Program-made: the position numbers and the translations under genes | Shown: positions 13,099 through 24,934 of the stretch, piece after piece | Layout: each line of letters begins with the position of its first letter | How positions within the stretch are numbered: the stretch's first letter is position 1 | Notes under the pieces: generated by a model | The model's input: only the letters and a program-made list of their open reading frames with translations | Database searches by the model: none | What the model was told of the DNA's origin: nothing | Assembly (NCBI RefSeq): GCF_902459465.1 | Contig: NC_047079.1 | Location: 12,152,001-12,216,000, forward strand | Length of the DNA: 64,000 bases | Reading direction: 5' to 3' | Source of the DNA: Asterias rubens | Taxonomy: Eukaryota

Positions 13099-13457
13099 TT
13101 AAAAGGAACACGTTGCCTTGGATCGCACGAGTTTGCCTATAAAAAGCGTTTGTAACCGTTTTTTTTTTTTTTTTAATGCATGGTTGGAAAGATGTTTTAA
13201 AAATTGAATACAATGATCCAAACTTGCCTCAAAACTGTGTGGTTTCAAGGTCAAAATTTTTTAATTTGACTCCCATAAATGGATGACCGTGTTAGTCGAC
13301 GAGGTAAAAGGAAAACCGTGCAATTTCGAGGCATGTTTGTGTGGATCATTGTAATCTACTTTACAACATTTTACTACCCATTTGCATTTTATAACAAACT
13401 GTTACAAACGCTGTTCAAATACCAACTCGACTGGTCCAAGGCAATGTGTTCCTTTAA
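13099..13457. mobile_element. Palindromic MITE family 2
   Basis: ttaaaaggaacacgttgccttgg ... ccaaggcaatgtgttcctttaa. Confidence 0.8.
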
Positions 13458-13465
13458 GTTTGCAT

Positions 13466-13815
13466 TAAGCTTGGGCGATATCGCGATATTATTGAATATC
13501 GCGATATTTATTTGGAAACGATTTCGATATCGGATGGATTTGGTTTTAATCGAAATATCGATATATCGCGATATATCGCGATAATCGCGATGTATTTGCA
13601 AGCTAAGACATCTTGCACCACATGGGTTTGGAGTAAAACCAGAAGAATAGGTCATTAGAACACCTCTCTTATGCTATGACTGTCTCTTCTACAACTTTTA
13701 CTTGGAGTTTGAAGACTGATGATGTCAAATTTAATTAATCGCGATTATATCGAATATCGCCATATATTGTCGGCGATATATCGTGAATAAAATAAATCGC
13801 TATCGCCCAAGCTTA
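13466..13815. mobile_element. hAT-type MITE with 8-bp TSD
   Basis: TIRs taagcttgggcgata / tatcgcccaagctta; TSD gtttgcat at 13458-13465 and 13816-13823; subterminal atatcg repeats. Confidence 0.85.
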
Positions 13816-14600
13816 GTTTGCATATGTAACAACCGTGATTGGCCCAATATCCTCTTTGCTGAAATGAAGGATTCAGAAGGGTTCTTTCCATTGTTTTCAA
13901 CAAAGATGAGACCTTATTTGCAATCCGTCTATTATAAGAAGTTTGCAATCTTAGACGAACAATGAGAGAGAATAAGATAAACCATAGAGAGCTGGGAAAG
14001 AACAAAACATTAAATGAATATTGTAGTAGCGTACTAAATTATAAGGCATTATTCAAAATTAATTTCTTTCTTGGTTTAGAAGAATAATGAAATGAATTTT
14101 CTTGACATACGTTCCACAAGGAAAAGTTTTTTTAAGATAAAACTATAAGAAGAGGACTGAGAATATTTGTGTAAATATTAGTTTTGGTCATACACTGAAA
14201 TCAATTTGGAAATATAGGTTACTTATTACTATGAAACAAAAAACTTCATCTGCACGTACTATATTTTAAAAACTATATTTATGTTATGCTTAAAGCAAAT
14301 GAAATGTAAAATATGGAGGGATTAAGTTCTAGTAGAGTTCACCTGATGTTTAATTTAACATAAAGTGTTTTTCTATTTTAGTTATTTTCGTGGTAGATTA
14401 TCCGAGTACCAGGGTTGTAGTTTTGCCAAAAAGGACCCAATTTCATAGAGCTGCTTAAGCACACAAAGTAGCTAAGCACAACAAACTTATGCTTACCAGA
14501 ATAGGATTGCCAGCCAAAACAGGGCGTAACATGTACATCATGACTGGTATCCTGCTTTGTTTTGCTTAGCAGAACAATTGTAAAGTACTATTTCCTGCTT

Positions 14601-14947
14601 AAATAATTATTAGCACAAAACCTTACTTGGTAATGGGGAGAGGTTGGTAGTATAAAACATTGTGAGAAACGGCTCCCTCTGAAGTGGAGTAGTTTTCGAG
14701 AACGAAATAAATTTCCACGAATTTGATTTCAAGACCTCCGGCTTAGAACTTGAGGTCTCGTAATCAAGCATCTGAAAGCACACAACTTCGTGTGACAAGG
14801 GTGGTTTTTTCTTTCATTATTATCTCGCAACTTCGAAGACCAATTGAGCTCAAATTTTCACAGGTTTGATATTTTATGAATATATTGTGATACAGCAAGT
14901 GGGAAGACTGGTCATTGACAGTTACCAATAGTGTCCAGTGTCTTTAA
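14601..14947. mobile_element. MITE family 1 copy nested in a gggcccaatttcatag-type MITE (~14434-14965)
   Basis: Family body plus right TIR; outer TIRs ggacccaatttcatagagc / ctctatgaaattaggccc. A related outer element lies at ~10823-11120. Confidence 0.65.
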
Positions 14948-16504
14948 GGGGCTCTATGAAATTAGGCCCAGGTCTTCAATCAGTTAAATTCTCATATACA
15001 TGTACATGTACACTGTACACCAAAATCCTGCTACAATGTTGAATCTTATTTTCACACAAAGTTTATTTAAATAGAAACTCATTGCAATTTAAGAACACAC
15101 AAGGTTTCTGTACAAAGCTTTCCTGAGTAATTTGTTTTTCTCTTTTTGGATGTGATACTCTATATATGTACATTGTACACAGCATGGTAAGGGCAATTTG
15201 TAAAGCCAAACTTATATATTTTTGCTTTTTAACTTTGGTAAGTTTAAAGAAGATTTAGAACTATTTGATGCAGCTGGTTAGGACTGGTTTAAGTAAGAAA
15301 GAAAAGCTATAGTTTAATTTGTCCTTGTTTGTCTTATGTTTTTTAGGAGGTACATGTATTGATGTTTTTCTGCCATTCTATGTATATAATGTGTTTGTTG
15401 GGGTGTCAATCTGGTTTCCTGCCATTCTCTATTAACATTGATATAAGCTACATGAATCTGAGTGTCTATAACTTCAATCGTCAATTGTGTGTCTGAATCT
15501 GTTTGTTGGTCTGTTTGTCCATGCTTGTTTGTCCGTCCGTGCCATTTGTCTGTCTATTCTACATCTTGTAATCCTCAAGTACTGTAATCATCCTATTGTA
15601 ATAATTCTATTTCACTATGACCTCTGACCTATGTTTTGTTTATCCATCAACTATTTCTATTTGACTTCTGGAAACTTTCTTGAACTCAAATCTGTCTTGA
15701 CTTTTCCTTCTTCTTAGACTAACAATACTAAATGCATGAAAACAGGAGGAGGCATAGCTAACTAATAGAGGAGAGACATATGTAGATATGTGAGTATACA
15801 ATTCATTTTCATGTTCATATTTTCAACATTATTTTCTTTCAAATTCTTAAATTGTTGATTGTTGTTTTCTGCTTTTAAAGTTCTACTTTAAAACGTACGA
15901 TCTTGCACTATGGTTTTATGAACAACTGCAATAATACTATTCAGTGTGACACTTTGGAACGCTAGGTGGCAGCAGATAACCAGGGCTCTATTTCATACTG
16001 GGCCCCTGTCTTTAGCCACATAGATAAAGACAGGTACATGTTACTCAGATCCAGTGTCTGCTGCCACCTTGTGTCCCAAAAAGTCTCGTCAGTAAAGCTC
16101 CAGAAAACACATATTACATGTACTTTTTTCATTTCATCGGTTTATTTTGTAAAGTAATAAAGACATTTTCCAACTGTTGTCCAAAACTTTGTAACAGGTG
16201 AATGTTATGAGAGGAAGTGGATGGAAGAGAATGTTACATAGGCTTGGGTGATTTGAAGGTTTTGTTTTGTAAATATTTTGCTTTGCTTGCAGAGTTTTCT
16301 TTGCCTTTGTGACATTAAAAAAGAAAGAAATCAAACGTCATCAACTTATGCTCTAGACTTTTAAAAGGTTGGATTGAAAGCAAACGGTGGAAATAGATTT
16401 TTTGTTTACAAAGTTTTTTCTTGAGATTAACCACCCGTAATATATTTCAAAATATTTCAACATTGCTCCTGGTTGATAATTGTAGTGAAGTTGTCCCCTT
16501 TTGG

Positions 16505-16920
16505 GATGTCAAGAGGGGCCCACACCCGACCCAGACCCAACCTGAACCCAGACCTCACCTTTACCCAGACCCCACCCGTACCCTAACCCTCTCTGTACCC
16601 AGACACCTCCCCGATCCGTGCCCAGACTCCCTCCCCACCTGTACCCAGACCTCTTCCCGGTCCGTAACCAGACCTCAGCCATGCCCAAGCCCCCTCTCTC
16701 CTGTACCCAAATCCCTCCCCGATCTGTACCCGGACCCCCCCCCCCCCCCGAACCCAGACCCCCCCCCCCCCCCGAACCCAGACCGCTCTCTCCCCTGAAC
16801 CCAGGCCCCTCCCTCCCTTGTACCAAGACCCCTCCCTGATCCATACCAAGACACCGATCCGTACCCAGACCCCCTCCCCCATCCCTACCCAGACCCCAGC
16901 CATACCCGGACCCTCTGAAT
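16505..16920. repeat. C-rich degenerate minisatellite (ccgtacccagacccc-like units)
   Basis: Repeated tacccagac/aacccagac motifs with C runs. Confidence 0.8.
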
Positions 16921-16961
16921 AAGGAGAGTATCCTTATTCATACCCTTCTCCGATCATTACC

Positions 16962-17212
16962 TAGTCTAGGTTCCTAGACCATTGGTGTTGCGTGGTCACA
17001 CACAACGAACGTTCCGATTATGCACGGCAAAAACTGTACACGCTTGTAATGAACGAACGCTAGCGGGCGCTCTGTTTCTCTAATTTCCGGATCTCCCCAT
17101 GTCCTGTGCTCACCTTGGTGAGCACCGGAAATCAGAGAAACAGAGCGCCCGCTAGCGTTCGTTCATTACAGTGTGTGACCACGCAACACCAATGGTCTAG
17201 GAACCTAGACTA
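16962..17212. mobile_element. Foldback MITE with 9-bp TSD
   Basis: TIR tagtctaggttcctagaccattggtgttgcgtggtcacacac and its complement, with a second inner IR; TSD atcattacc at 16953-16961 and 17213-17221. Confidence 0.85.
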
Positions 17213-17926
17213 ATCATTACCCCTCCCTCCCCCATCCGTATACCTCCGAGTTTAATGTTTTATACTGTAGTTCCCTTGGTTTAGATCCTATTTTATTGTT
17301 TCTGTCGTAGAGTGGTCCGGAAGTTGGGCACTGTTAACTGTTTCCTGCATCATGTCACAAGTCCATTTACATGTATTTCCTTTTCACTATGAATGGTGAA
17401 GATTATATTAGCATATAAATCAGCTTATTGCGCAACAGGAAACTGTTCAACAAATTTTACCCCTTCCCCGGTTTCCACGAAACTGTGCTACACAGAATCG
17501 TTTTACCAATGTTGGTAGTCTAGAGCTATGACGGATACGCTGGAAGTCACTAGTGCAAACATTTCATTCGATTTTACTGTATATTTTACAGGTATTTGAA
17601 TGTTGAATGAAAAACAAGTAATCTCATGAAGCAAACACATGTTTACGAGTGTTACACATTAATTTAATCGATACAATCTTTCATTAAAGTTTTAACAATA
17701 AAGTCGAACATTTTAAACATAATTATCAAAATGTTAATAACTACTGAGCCAATTTTGTTGTTATATCGAGTGATACGGATATAACCCACACTTTTTGTTT
17801 TAAATCAAATACAATGTAACAGTTAAATTAACCGGGTAACTCGTGGATCATTTTGGAAATCTTTTTAAATCACTTTTGTTTCTTAATAGGCGGTGCTTTG
17901 GTAATCCATGGGTAATCCAATCCTTC

Positions 17927-18303
17927 AAAGGAACACGTTGCCTTAGATCGGTCGAGTTGGTCTTTGAAAAGCGTTCTGTAACCGTTTGTTATAAAATCGG
18001 TATGGTTAGAAAGATGTTGGAAAAGTAGAATATAATGATCTACACAAATATGCCTCGAAATTGCGTGGTTTTCGTTTAACATCGTCGACAAACACGGTCG
18101 GCCATAAAAAATTGACTCCCATAAAGGCCGACCGTGTTAGTTCGCGACGTAAAATAAAAACCGTGCAATTTGGAGTGATACTTGTGTGGATCATTATATT
18201 CTACTTTTAAAACATCTTTGTAACCATATGCATTTCATAACAAACGGTTTCAAACGCTTTTCATAGACCAACTCGTCCGATCCAAGGCAATGTGTTCTTT
18301 TAA
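17927..18303. mobile_element. Palindromic MITE family 2 (half copy duplicated at 19363-19541)
   Basis: aaaggaacacgttgcctt ... ccaaggcaatgtgttctttta. Confidence 0.8.
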
Positions 18304-18478
18304 ATGCCATGCACAATGTACAGCGTACATACCATGCACAATTTGTTTGCTTGTTTGTATAATGGTCGTGACTGACATACGTGAGATGATGACCCCACAA
18401 TAAAATCATCTTTTACATAAACTGATAAACCTGTAGAAAAGTTTGAGATCGATCGGCCATCTGGATGCCGAGAAAGAA

Positions 18479-18530
18479 CAAGTGAACACCAAACACACAC
18501 CAGCAGCACTATAGACATCCTTCCATCCAT
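18479..18530 (-). pseudogene. Ig receptor A0: truncated copy (17 signal-peptide codons plus upstream leader)
   Basis: MDGRMSIVLLVCVWCSL is identical to A1, then the frame runs into unrelated sequence. 18479-19351 duplicates 21117-21989. Confidence 0.85.
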
Positions 18531-19797
18531 TGTATTGAATCTGGTTCCTTGAAGTTGTTTGATGAAGAAGTTGGACGAGGATAGGGTTGGATGAAATAGC
18601 ATGAGCAGACAGACAGCTTGTAGGAATGTAAGAGTGATTGTATTCATGTACCTGACTGACAAGGTAACTTGGTTGTACTTGTTTATAAAGCATCGCACAC
18701 CAGTGAACTTCATCACGCACCGCTTAACTTCATCAATAATTTTGAGATTTGGGACGGGATGTTATTGAGTCATGTAGTCACCAAATCTAAAACTATTTCC
18801 ATTTATTGTGGCGACGATTGATACAGAATTTGCATAACAATAATCAGTGTTTACATTCTAAACGGTGATGTAATGAAAGAGTTAGGTTCGCGTAAATTAA
18901 GGATTTTTGCTACAAACCTAACAAAACTTGGCTGCAATTCCGCATGTTTAAGCGCTATTAAAAAAGTTACTGAAATTACCACCACAAAAATCTAATCGCA
19001 ATGTACTGTACCAACAAATATACAGTTTGTGTTAAATTTGTCCACTGTTTGTAATGTTTTAAGAACCCCCTAAGTTTTTACTAAACACGGGTTGGGTAAA
19101 GGTATTCATAAACATTTTGTAATTATTTTTCTTAAGTATTTTTTGTACCGAGTTAATTGGTTAAAAACACCCGACTTTGTGTAGAATACTATGATTTTAC
19201 CCATGAATTCGGAAGATTTGTCTTCACCGTTTGACCTCGTAAACTTGTTGCTAAATTATTTGTTTTCCGAATGATTTACAATAGATCAAAAGAATATTAT
19301 GAAACTAAATCACTGCACACAAATAATGTGTTTACTTTCAAAAATGGTTCTGGAAAGTAAACGGCCGACCGTGTTAGTTCGCGACGTAAAATTAAAAACC
19401 GTGCAATTTGGAGTGATACTTGTGTGGATCATTATATTCTACTTTTAAAACATCTTTCTAACCATATGCATTTCATAACAAACGGTTTCAAACGCTTTTC
19501 ATAGACCAACTCGTCCGATCCAAGGCAATGTGTTCTTTTAAATGCCATGCACAATGTACAGCGTACATACCATGCACAATTTGTTTGCTTGTTTGTATAA
19601 TGGTCGTAACTGACATACGTGAGATGATGACCACACAATAAAATCATCTTTTACATAAACTGATAAACCTGTAGAAAAGTTTGAGATCGATCGGCCATCT
19701 GGATGACGAGAAAGAAGTGAAAAAGCAAGAACACATTTTGCACGACATCGATTAAGTTTTTTTTTTTTTTAATAAAACGCTTACTGACTTTCCGTAT

Positions 19798-21168
19798 CTA
19801 CTTTAAACCTGGTTTGTAGTAGGTGTGTTTAATGCCAGTTGTTCCTGAGCTTGGTGCTGGGTCAACGTGCACAGTGACTTGGTGATTCCTTCTTTGCTGC
19901 TTGGGATCATGTGGCTGTGGTCGAAGGTAGCCATACTTAGGGCTGTCAGTCTCTACTTCAACCGGCTTGTAGTAGGTATCTTGTGTGGTAGTTGTTCGTG
20001 AGTCTGGTGTTGGGTCAACGTGCACAGCGACTTGGTGATTCCTTCTTTGCTCCTTGAGATGTGGCCGTGGTCGAAGGTAACCATCCTCTTGGCTTTCCTT
20101 CTCTGCTTCTTGTTTGGTAGTTGTAGCCGTAGTAGGTTCTGTGTATCCTGTGTTCTTGTCATCCGTTGGTTGCAGCGTCGTGTAGGGATCAGCTTTGGGC
20201 ATTTGAGATGTCTCGGTCTCTCTGATGACGCGTCTCATTTTGAAGATTTGAAATACACCAAGAATGATGATGATGGTGGATACACTGAGGGTAATTACAA
20301 ACGCTACAATCCATAGATTAAAAGAAGGGGTCTGGTTGGGTAGGGTTTGGGTTGGTGGGTGGGGCTGGTTGGGTTGGGTTGTCTCTGGTTCGATTGATGT
20401 TATTTCATTAGTCGCATCTGTCGAACTTGCTACACTGATTGGTCCAATGATACACGAACGTGTCATACTTGCACCACTCCCTTGTAATACAGAGCAGTTA
20501 AATGCAACACCATCGTCAGCAACAGTCACAGTCAAATTCAATGATAATGTATCCTTACCATCGACTCTTGAATATGTCCAGAGGTGGCTTCTGGGATCAG
20601 TCATTGGATGGGTTTCTATATCTGCAGGTTTACCAGTCTCAGACAGACATCTCAATTGTAGCTCTGTACCGGTGTCTACTGTGATAGGTCCAGAAGGGGA
20701 GCATATCGGGTACGATGGAGCTGACAGGAATACGCTGGATGTAGCTACAATTGTGTTCCCTCCTCCTCTGATAGGGTGGTTGACGTTACAAACATATTCA
20801 TCATAGTCGTCAATCTGCAGATAAGTAATCGTAAAGTCTTGAACAACCATCCCACTCTGTGGATAGGTTTTTTTGAACTTATACCGGTTAATGTTCGTTT
20901 GGTTAGAGTCTTTCCACCACAGAGTAGTATCGGGTTGAGTTGACCTCCACTCCACAATATGGTCCGACTCGAGGTTTGTAGCGTTACACATCATAACAAC
21001 TTGCCTGCCCATCCTACGATCGGCCTCTGGTGTTAAGATCACCGATGTCACCGACACCACTGGTTTGGGTGTTGCAATTGGTTGAGCAGTGACAGCCATC
21101 AGGAGTCCGCCTGCATCAAGTGAACACCAAACACACACCAGCAGCACTATAGACATCCTTCCATCCAT
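19798..21168 (-). CDS. Ig receptor A1: intronless SP-V-C2-TM receptor, 456 aa, Tyr-rich non-ITIM tail, probably C-terminally truncated
   Basis: Signal peptide MDGRMSIVLLVCVWCSL; V domain C..W..FTITYLQIDDYDEYVC; second Ig with 4 Cys; TM LWIVAFVITLSVSTIIIILGVFQIF; tail YTTL-x9-YTEP, 2x GYLRP and 2x TYYKP. Start set at the ATG shared by the paralogs (21168), not 21354. Confidence 0.88.
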   Translation of the reverse strand: MDGRMSIVLLVCVWCSLDAGGLLMAVTAQPIATPKPVVSVTSVILTPEADRRMGRQVVMMCNATNLESDHIVEWRSTQPDTTLWWKDSNQTNINRYKFKKTYPQSGMVVQDFTITYLQIDDYDEYVCNVNHPIRGGGNTIVATSSVFLSAPSYPICSPSGPITVDTGTELQLRCLSETGKPADIETHPMTDPRSHLWTYSRVDGKDTLSLNLTVTVADDGVAFNCSVLQGSGASMTRSCIIGPISVASSTDATNEITSIEPETTQPNQPHPPTQTLPNQTPSFNLWIVAFVITLSVSTIIIILGVFQIFKMRRVIRETETSQMPKADPYTTLQPTDDKNTGYTEPTTATTTKQEAEKESQEDGYLRPRPHLKEQRRNHQVAVHVDPTPDSRTTTTQDTYYKPVEVETDSPKYGYLRPQPHDPKQQRRNHQVTVHVDPAPSSGTTGIKHTYYKPGLK

Positions 21169-21403
21169 TGTATTGAATCTGGTTCCTTGAAGTTGTTTGA
21201 TGAAGAAGTTGGACGAGGATAGGGTTGGATGAAATAGCATGAGCAGACAGACAGCTTGTAGGAATGTAAGAGTGATTGTATTCATGTACCTGACTGACAA
21301 GGTAACTTGGTTGTACTTGTTTATAAAGCATCGCACACCAGTGAACTTCATCACGCACCGCTTAACTTCATCAATAATTTTGAGATTTGGGACGGGATGT
21401 TAT

Positions 21404-21446
21404 TGAGTCATGTAGTCACCAAATCTAAAACTATTTCCATTTATAG
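21404..21446 (-). promoter_or_regulatory. Candidate TATA (CTATAAAT) and AP-1 (TGACTCA) sites in the leader/promoter module upstream of A1
   Basis: TGAGTCA at 21404-21410 and ATTTATAG at 21439-21446. The AP-1 motif recurs intact in the homologous modules at ~18.77, 22.31 and 35.04 kb and is altered at ~30.03 and 33.72 kb. No transcript evidence. Confidence 0.3.
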
Positions 21447-22254
21447 TGGCGACGATTGATACAGAATTTGCATAACAATAATCAGTGTTTACATTCTAAA
21501 CGGTGATGTAATGAAAGAGTTAGGTTCGCGTAAATTAAGGATTTTTGCTACAAACCTAACAAAACTTGGCTGCAATTCCGCATGTTTAAGCGCTATTAAA
21601 AAAATTACTGAAATTACCACCACAAAAATCTAATCGCAATGTACTGTACCAACAAATATACAGTTTGTGTTAAATTTTTCCACTGTTTGTAATGTTTTAA
21701 GAGCCCCCTAAGTTTTTACTAAACACGGGTTGGGTAAAGGTATTCATAAACATTTTGTAATTATTTTTCTTAAGTATTTTTTGTACTGAGTTAATTGGTT
21801 AAAAACACCCGACTTTGTGTAGAATACTATGATTTTACCCATGAATTCGGAAGATTTGTCTTTACCGTTTGACCTCGTAAACTTGTTGCTAAATTATTTG
21901 TTTTCCGAATGATTTACAATAGATCAAAAGAATATTATGAAACTAAATCACTGCAAACAAATAATGTATTTACTTTCAAAAATGGTTCTTTGTTTCAGAT
22001 TCATTTGGATAAAGAAAACACATGTAAAAATATAACATTTTGGAAAACTAATGCAAAACACAAACATATAAATGACAGGATCAATAGGAAAATAAGTGGC
22101 TGCAACTCAATATAACTTCTTATCTAGCTACTATGGTTCAACAATTACAAAAAAGAAACAAAAGTTTTCATTTTGTTCTGCGTCATTTTACAATTTCTAA
22201 ACCGTATCCTGTTTGTTTGTCTGTTTGTTGAGATGGTTGTACAAGTTGCTTGTG

Positions 22255-22390
22255 CTCAGTATCACGCTCCAGTGAGCTTCTATTTTTGAGCTTTGGGATT
22301 TTATGTTTTGAGTCATGTTATTCAAAGAATCGTTATGTCCTATTGCCATAGTGGTGACGATTCAAATAGAATTTGCAGAATAATATTAAA
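22255..22390 (-). pseudogene. Diverged orphan copy of the receptor promoter/leader module
   Basis: atcacgctccagtgagcttc...ttgagtcatgt...tagtggtgacgatt...agaatttgca aligns by eye to the A1 upstream module. No coding sequence follows. Confidence 0.5.
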
Positions 22391-22422
22391 GTAGGATTTG
22401 AAACTTTGCATGGTGGAAATAC

Positions 22423-22637
22423 GATATGGAAAGGTTTGCGGTAACACCATGTAATGATTATCTCTAATAGAGTTGCGGTGGTTCTGAAAAAAACCGTTGG
22501 TTTCAACTCCTTTCTCCAGAAGACGATCAGAGCATACTGATCGAAACGTCGAGTTGAAACCAACCGTTCTTTTCAGAACCACCCCAACTCATTAGAGATA
22601 GTCATTACATGGTGTTACCGCAAACCTTTCCATATTG
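22423..22637. mobile_element. Foldback element with a hammerhead-like centre (half copy at ~55866-56005; related ends at 62385-62550)
   Basis: Arms atatggaaaggtttgcggtaacaccatgtaatga...ggtttcaactc / gagttgaaacc...catggtgttaccgcaaacctttccatat. Confidence 0.7.
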
Positions 22638-23230
22638 CATAATACTGTTCATCATTCAAACTGTTCTCAATACTATATATCTAGACAACAAGAACTGAAG
22701 CCACCACAGATTACTATTGTTTATTCCGATTGCTTCCATCAAAATAATTGCGCGATACAAAAACACATACAGACAATTCATGACGAACATCAATAATTTG
22801 TATTATTTTCACTCTAACGGGATCGGACAGCTGTGTTTATGGTGTCAACCGATGACTTCTTGTTATCCCATTGTTTGGACATATTTTTTTTTTAGACGTC
22901 CCCATTGGTTTGTACACGAAATCGAATCGAGGACGTCCTCCGCGGTGCGACTTTTTCCCGGATCCCATGTGTTATAGCCCTCTCCAAGTCCTCAGTCTGA
23001 ATGCGTGGACATGCCAAAAATACAAGGTAGAGATGGTTGTTCATTTTGGGTATTACCAATACACCGATGTGTGTTTCACTGTATACTCAGTACTAATACC
23101 CGAGTTGCGTTCTGTCAACAAAATCACATGCATATTACTCTGGTGGGATTCGAACCCACGACCTGCAATTCTAGAGCAGTGTTATATACTAACTAGACTA
23201 CCTATGCAAATTTAACATCCCATTAGATGG

Positions 23231-23819
23231 TTAAAGTCACCTGGAAGTGGTATTTTTTCAAATAAAGCTTTTGTCACTAATATATGTGTTTTGATGAGTG
23301 GAATGTGAATAAACAGTTAACTAAGGTTTTAAAAAATCAGTTCTTATGTTATTTACAAATTTAAGAGTAGACCCCGACCCGAGAGGGCGCTGTTCGCGAC
23401 GTCAATCGAGGCAGACTTTGCCTGTAATGCGTAGAGTAAACACAATTGCAAAGTACATGTACGGACCAAGTCGTGAGTTTGTACGTTTTAAAAACAGGTT
23501 TTTTTTTTTTTTTTTTTTTTTTTTCCGGCAATGCCGACCAGGTGTTTTGCTGCTGAATGCAGAAAAACACTTTTTGAAACGTACCAACTCACGACTTGGA
23601 CGTACATGTACTTTGCGCGTGTGTTTACTATACGCATTGCAGGCAAAAGGTGTAGGCGGAGTCAGCCCCCAAACAACTTTATATATTTTTTAAACATATT
23701 ATAAATCGTGACAAACAATTACTAAAAAAAATGTTTTATTGTTCGTAAGCATACTCTTATGTTTGAAAGAAAAAAAATTCTATTTCCAGGTGACTTTAAA
23801 GTTCAATATTACTCTTCCT
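23231..23819. mobile_element. TTAA MITE (aagtcacctggaa TIR)
   Basis: ttaaagtcacctggaa / ttccaggtgactttaa. Confidence 0.75.
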
Positions 23820-24108
23820 GAAACCAGTGATGTCGAATACCATTGAAGTATTTAACTCATTAATTGTAACAACTGATTACGCCTTGCACTCAATGGCTTT
23901 ACGTTTCAACCCAAGCAGAGTTAGATTCTGAAATGCTATTGATATATGTTTGTGTTTAATCTTTTACACAGAGAGTCAATCAAAATTTTAAATCTACAAA
24001 TTTGGCTCTTTCCTCAAAATCTACTTCTAACATTGAACTACTGTCGAAAATGAAGTTCTGTTTTATATCATAATGATTCATGGCACATGCTAAAAGGTTG
24101 TATCACCA

Positions 24109-24483
24109 GGAGCGTGTTTTGGCGACCATGACCAGAAACAAGTTTCTGACGTCAAATTCACTGACCGAAACAATTTCAGAGAGCTACGCGAAAACGGGTC
24201 GGTAACCAGAAACAGTTCATGACGTAGGTACATCTCTCAAAATATATAGCCGTCATTTTATTATCGACGACTGGAACTTAGTCTTTGTCATTTTATCAAC
24301 ATTGCTTCATAGTATTCCAGTACGTTTTCCGTTAGTTTTTAGAGTCCGCCATCTTAAAACCAAGCCTAAATCGACTTAACAAGTCGGTTACGGTTTGGTC
24401 GGAACAGCGGTTCAACCGAACACGCGGAAACGCTCGACCAATGACCAAACATGTTTCTGGTTAGGGTCGCCAAAACGCGCTCC
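24109..24483. mobile_element. MITE with ~32-bp TIRs
   Basis: ggagcgtgttttggcgaccatgaccagaaaca / tgtttctggttagggtcgccaaaacgcgctcc. Confidence 0.65.
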
Positions 24484-24934
24484 ATCCAGGGTTCTTCGTC
24501 CATGCTCATTATGACAAATGCTACAACGAGGGGGCGTTGTAAGAGGATCAGTGCTCTTATTTTAAGCCATTATACACTTTCGGTAAACAGTATTGTCCAA
24601 GTCCCACACTTCGTGTATCACAACTTATATATAAAACAACAAACCTGTGAAAAATTAGGCTCAATCGGTCTTTGGAGTCGGGAGAAAATAACGGGAAAAC
24701 CCACTCTTGTTTCCGCGCGTTTCGCCGTGTCATGACATGTGTTTAAAATAAATCCGTAATTCTCGCTAACGAGAATTTATATTGTTTTACCGTTTTCTCA
24801 AAAAGTAAAGCATTTCATGGACTAATATTTCAAGAGAAGTCTTTCACCATTACCTTCTGTAAACCCTGTAAATTATTTGTAAATCTGTGAATTTCTTTTT
24901 TTTTACCGAAAGGGTCCAATAAACAATAAAATGT

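Larger units (their letters stand above)
18126..21989. repeat. Tandem segmental duplication: 18126-19351 and 19363-21989, the first unit lacking 1.4 kb
   Basis: Both units start ggccgaccgtgttagttcgcgacg and end tactttcaaaaatggttct, and are near-identical apart from the deletion. Confidence 0.9.

Noticed and set aside
16421-16903. Pro-rich and Gly-rich ORFs on both strands
   Set aside because: Translations of a C-rich minisatellite.
20020-20806. Plus-strand ORFs overlapping the receptors (also 25040-25662, 32412-33570, 40107-40415, 48619-49197, 54888-55760)
   Set aside because: Antisense shadows of the coding strand; they recur only because the genes are paralogous.
21169-21354. 27-62 aa N-terminal extensions of the receptor ORFs (also at 26306, 41248, 45269, 49682) as real coding sequence
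   Set aside because: The reading frame of this region differs between paralogs (A1 QAVCLLMLFHP versus B TSCVSAHAISS), and A3/B4 start at the MD codon. It is treated as leader.
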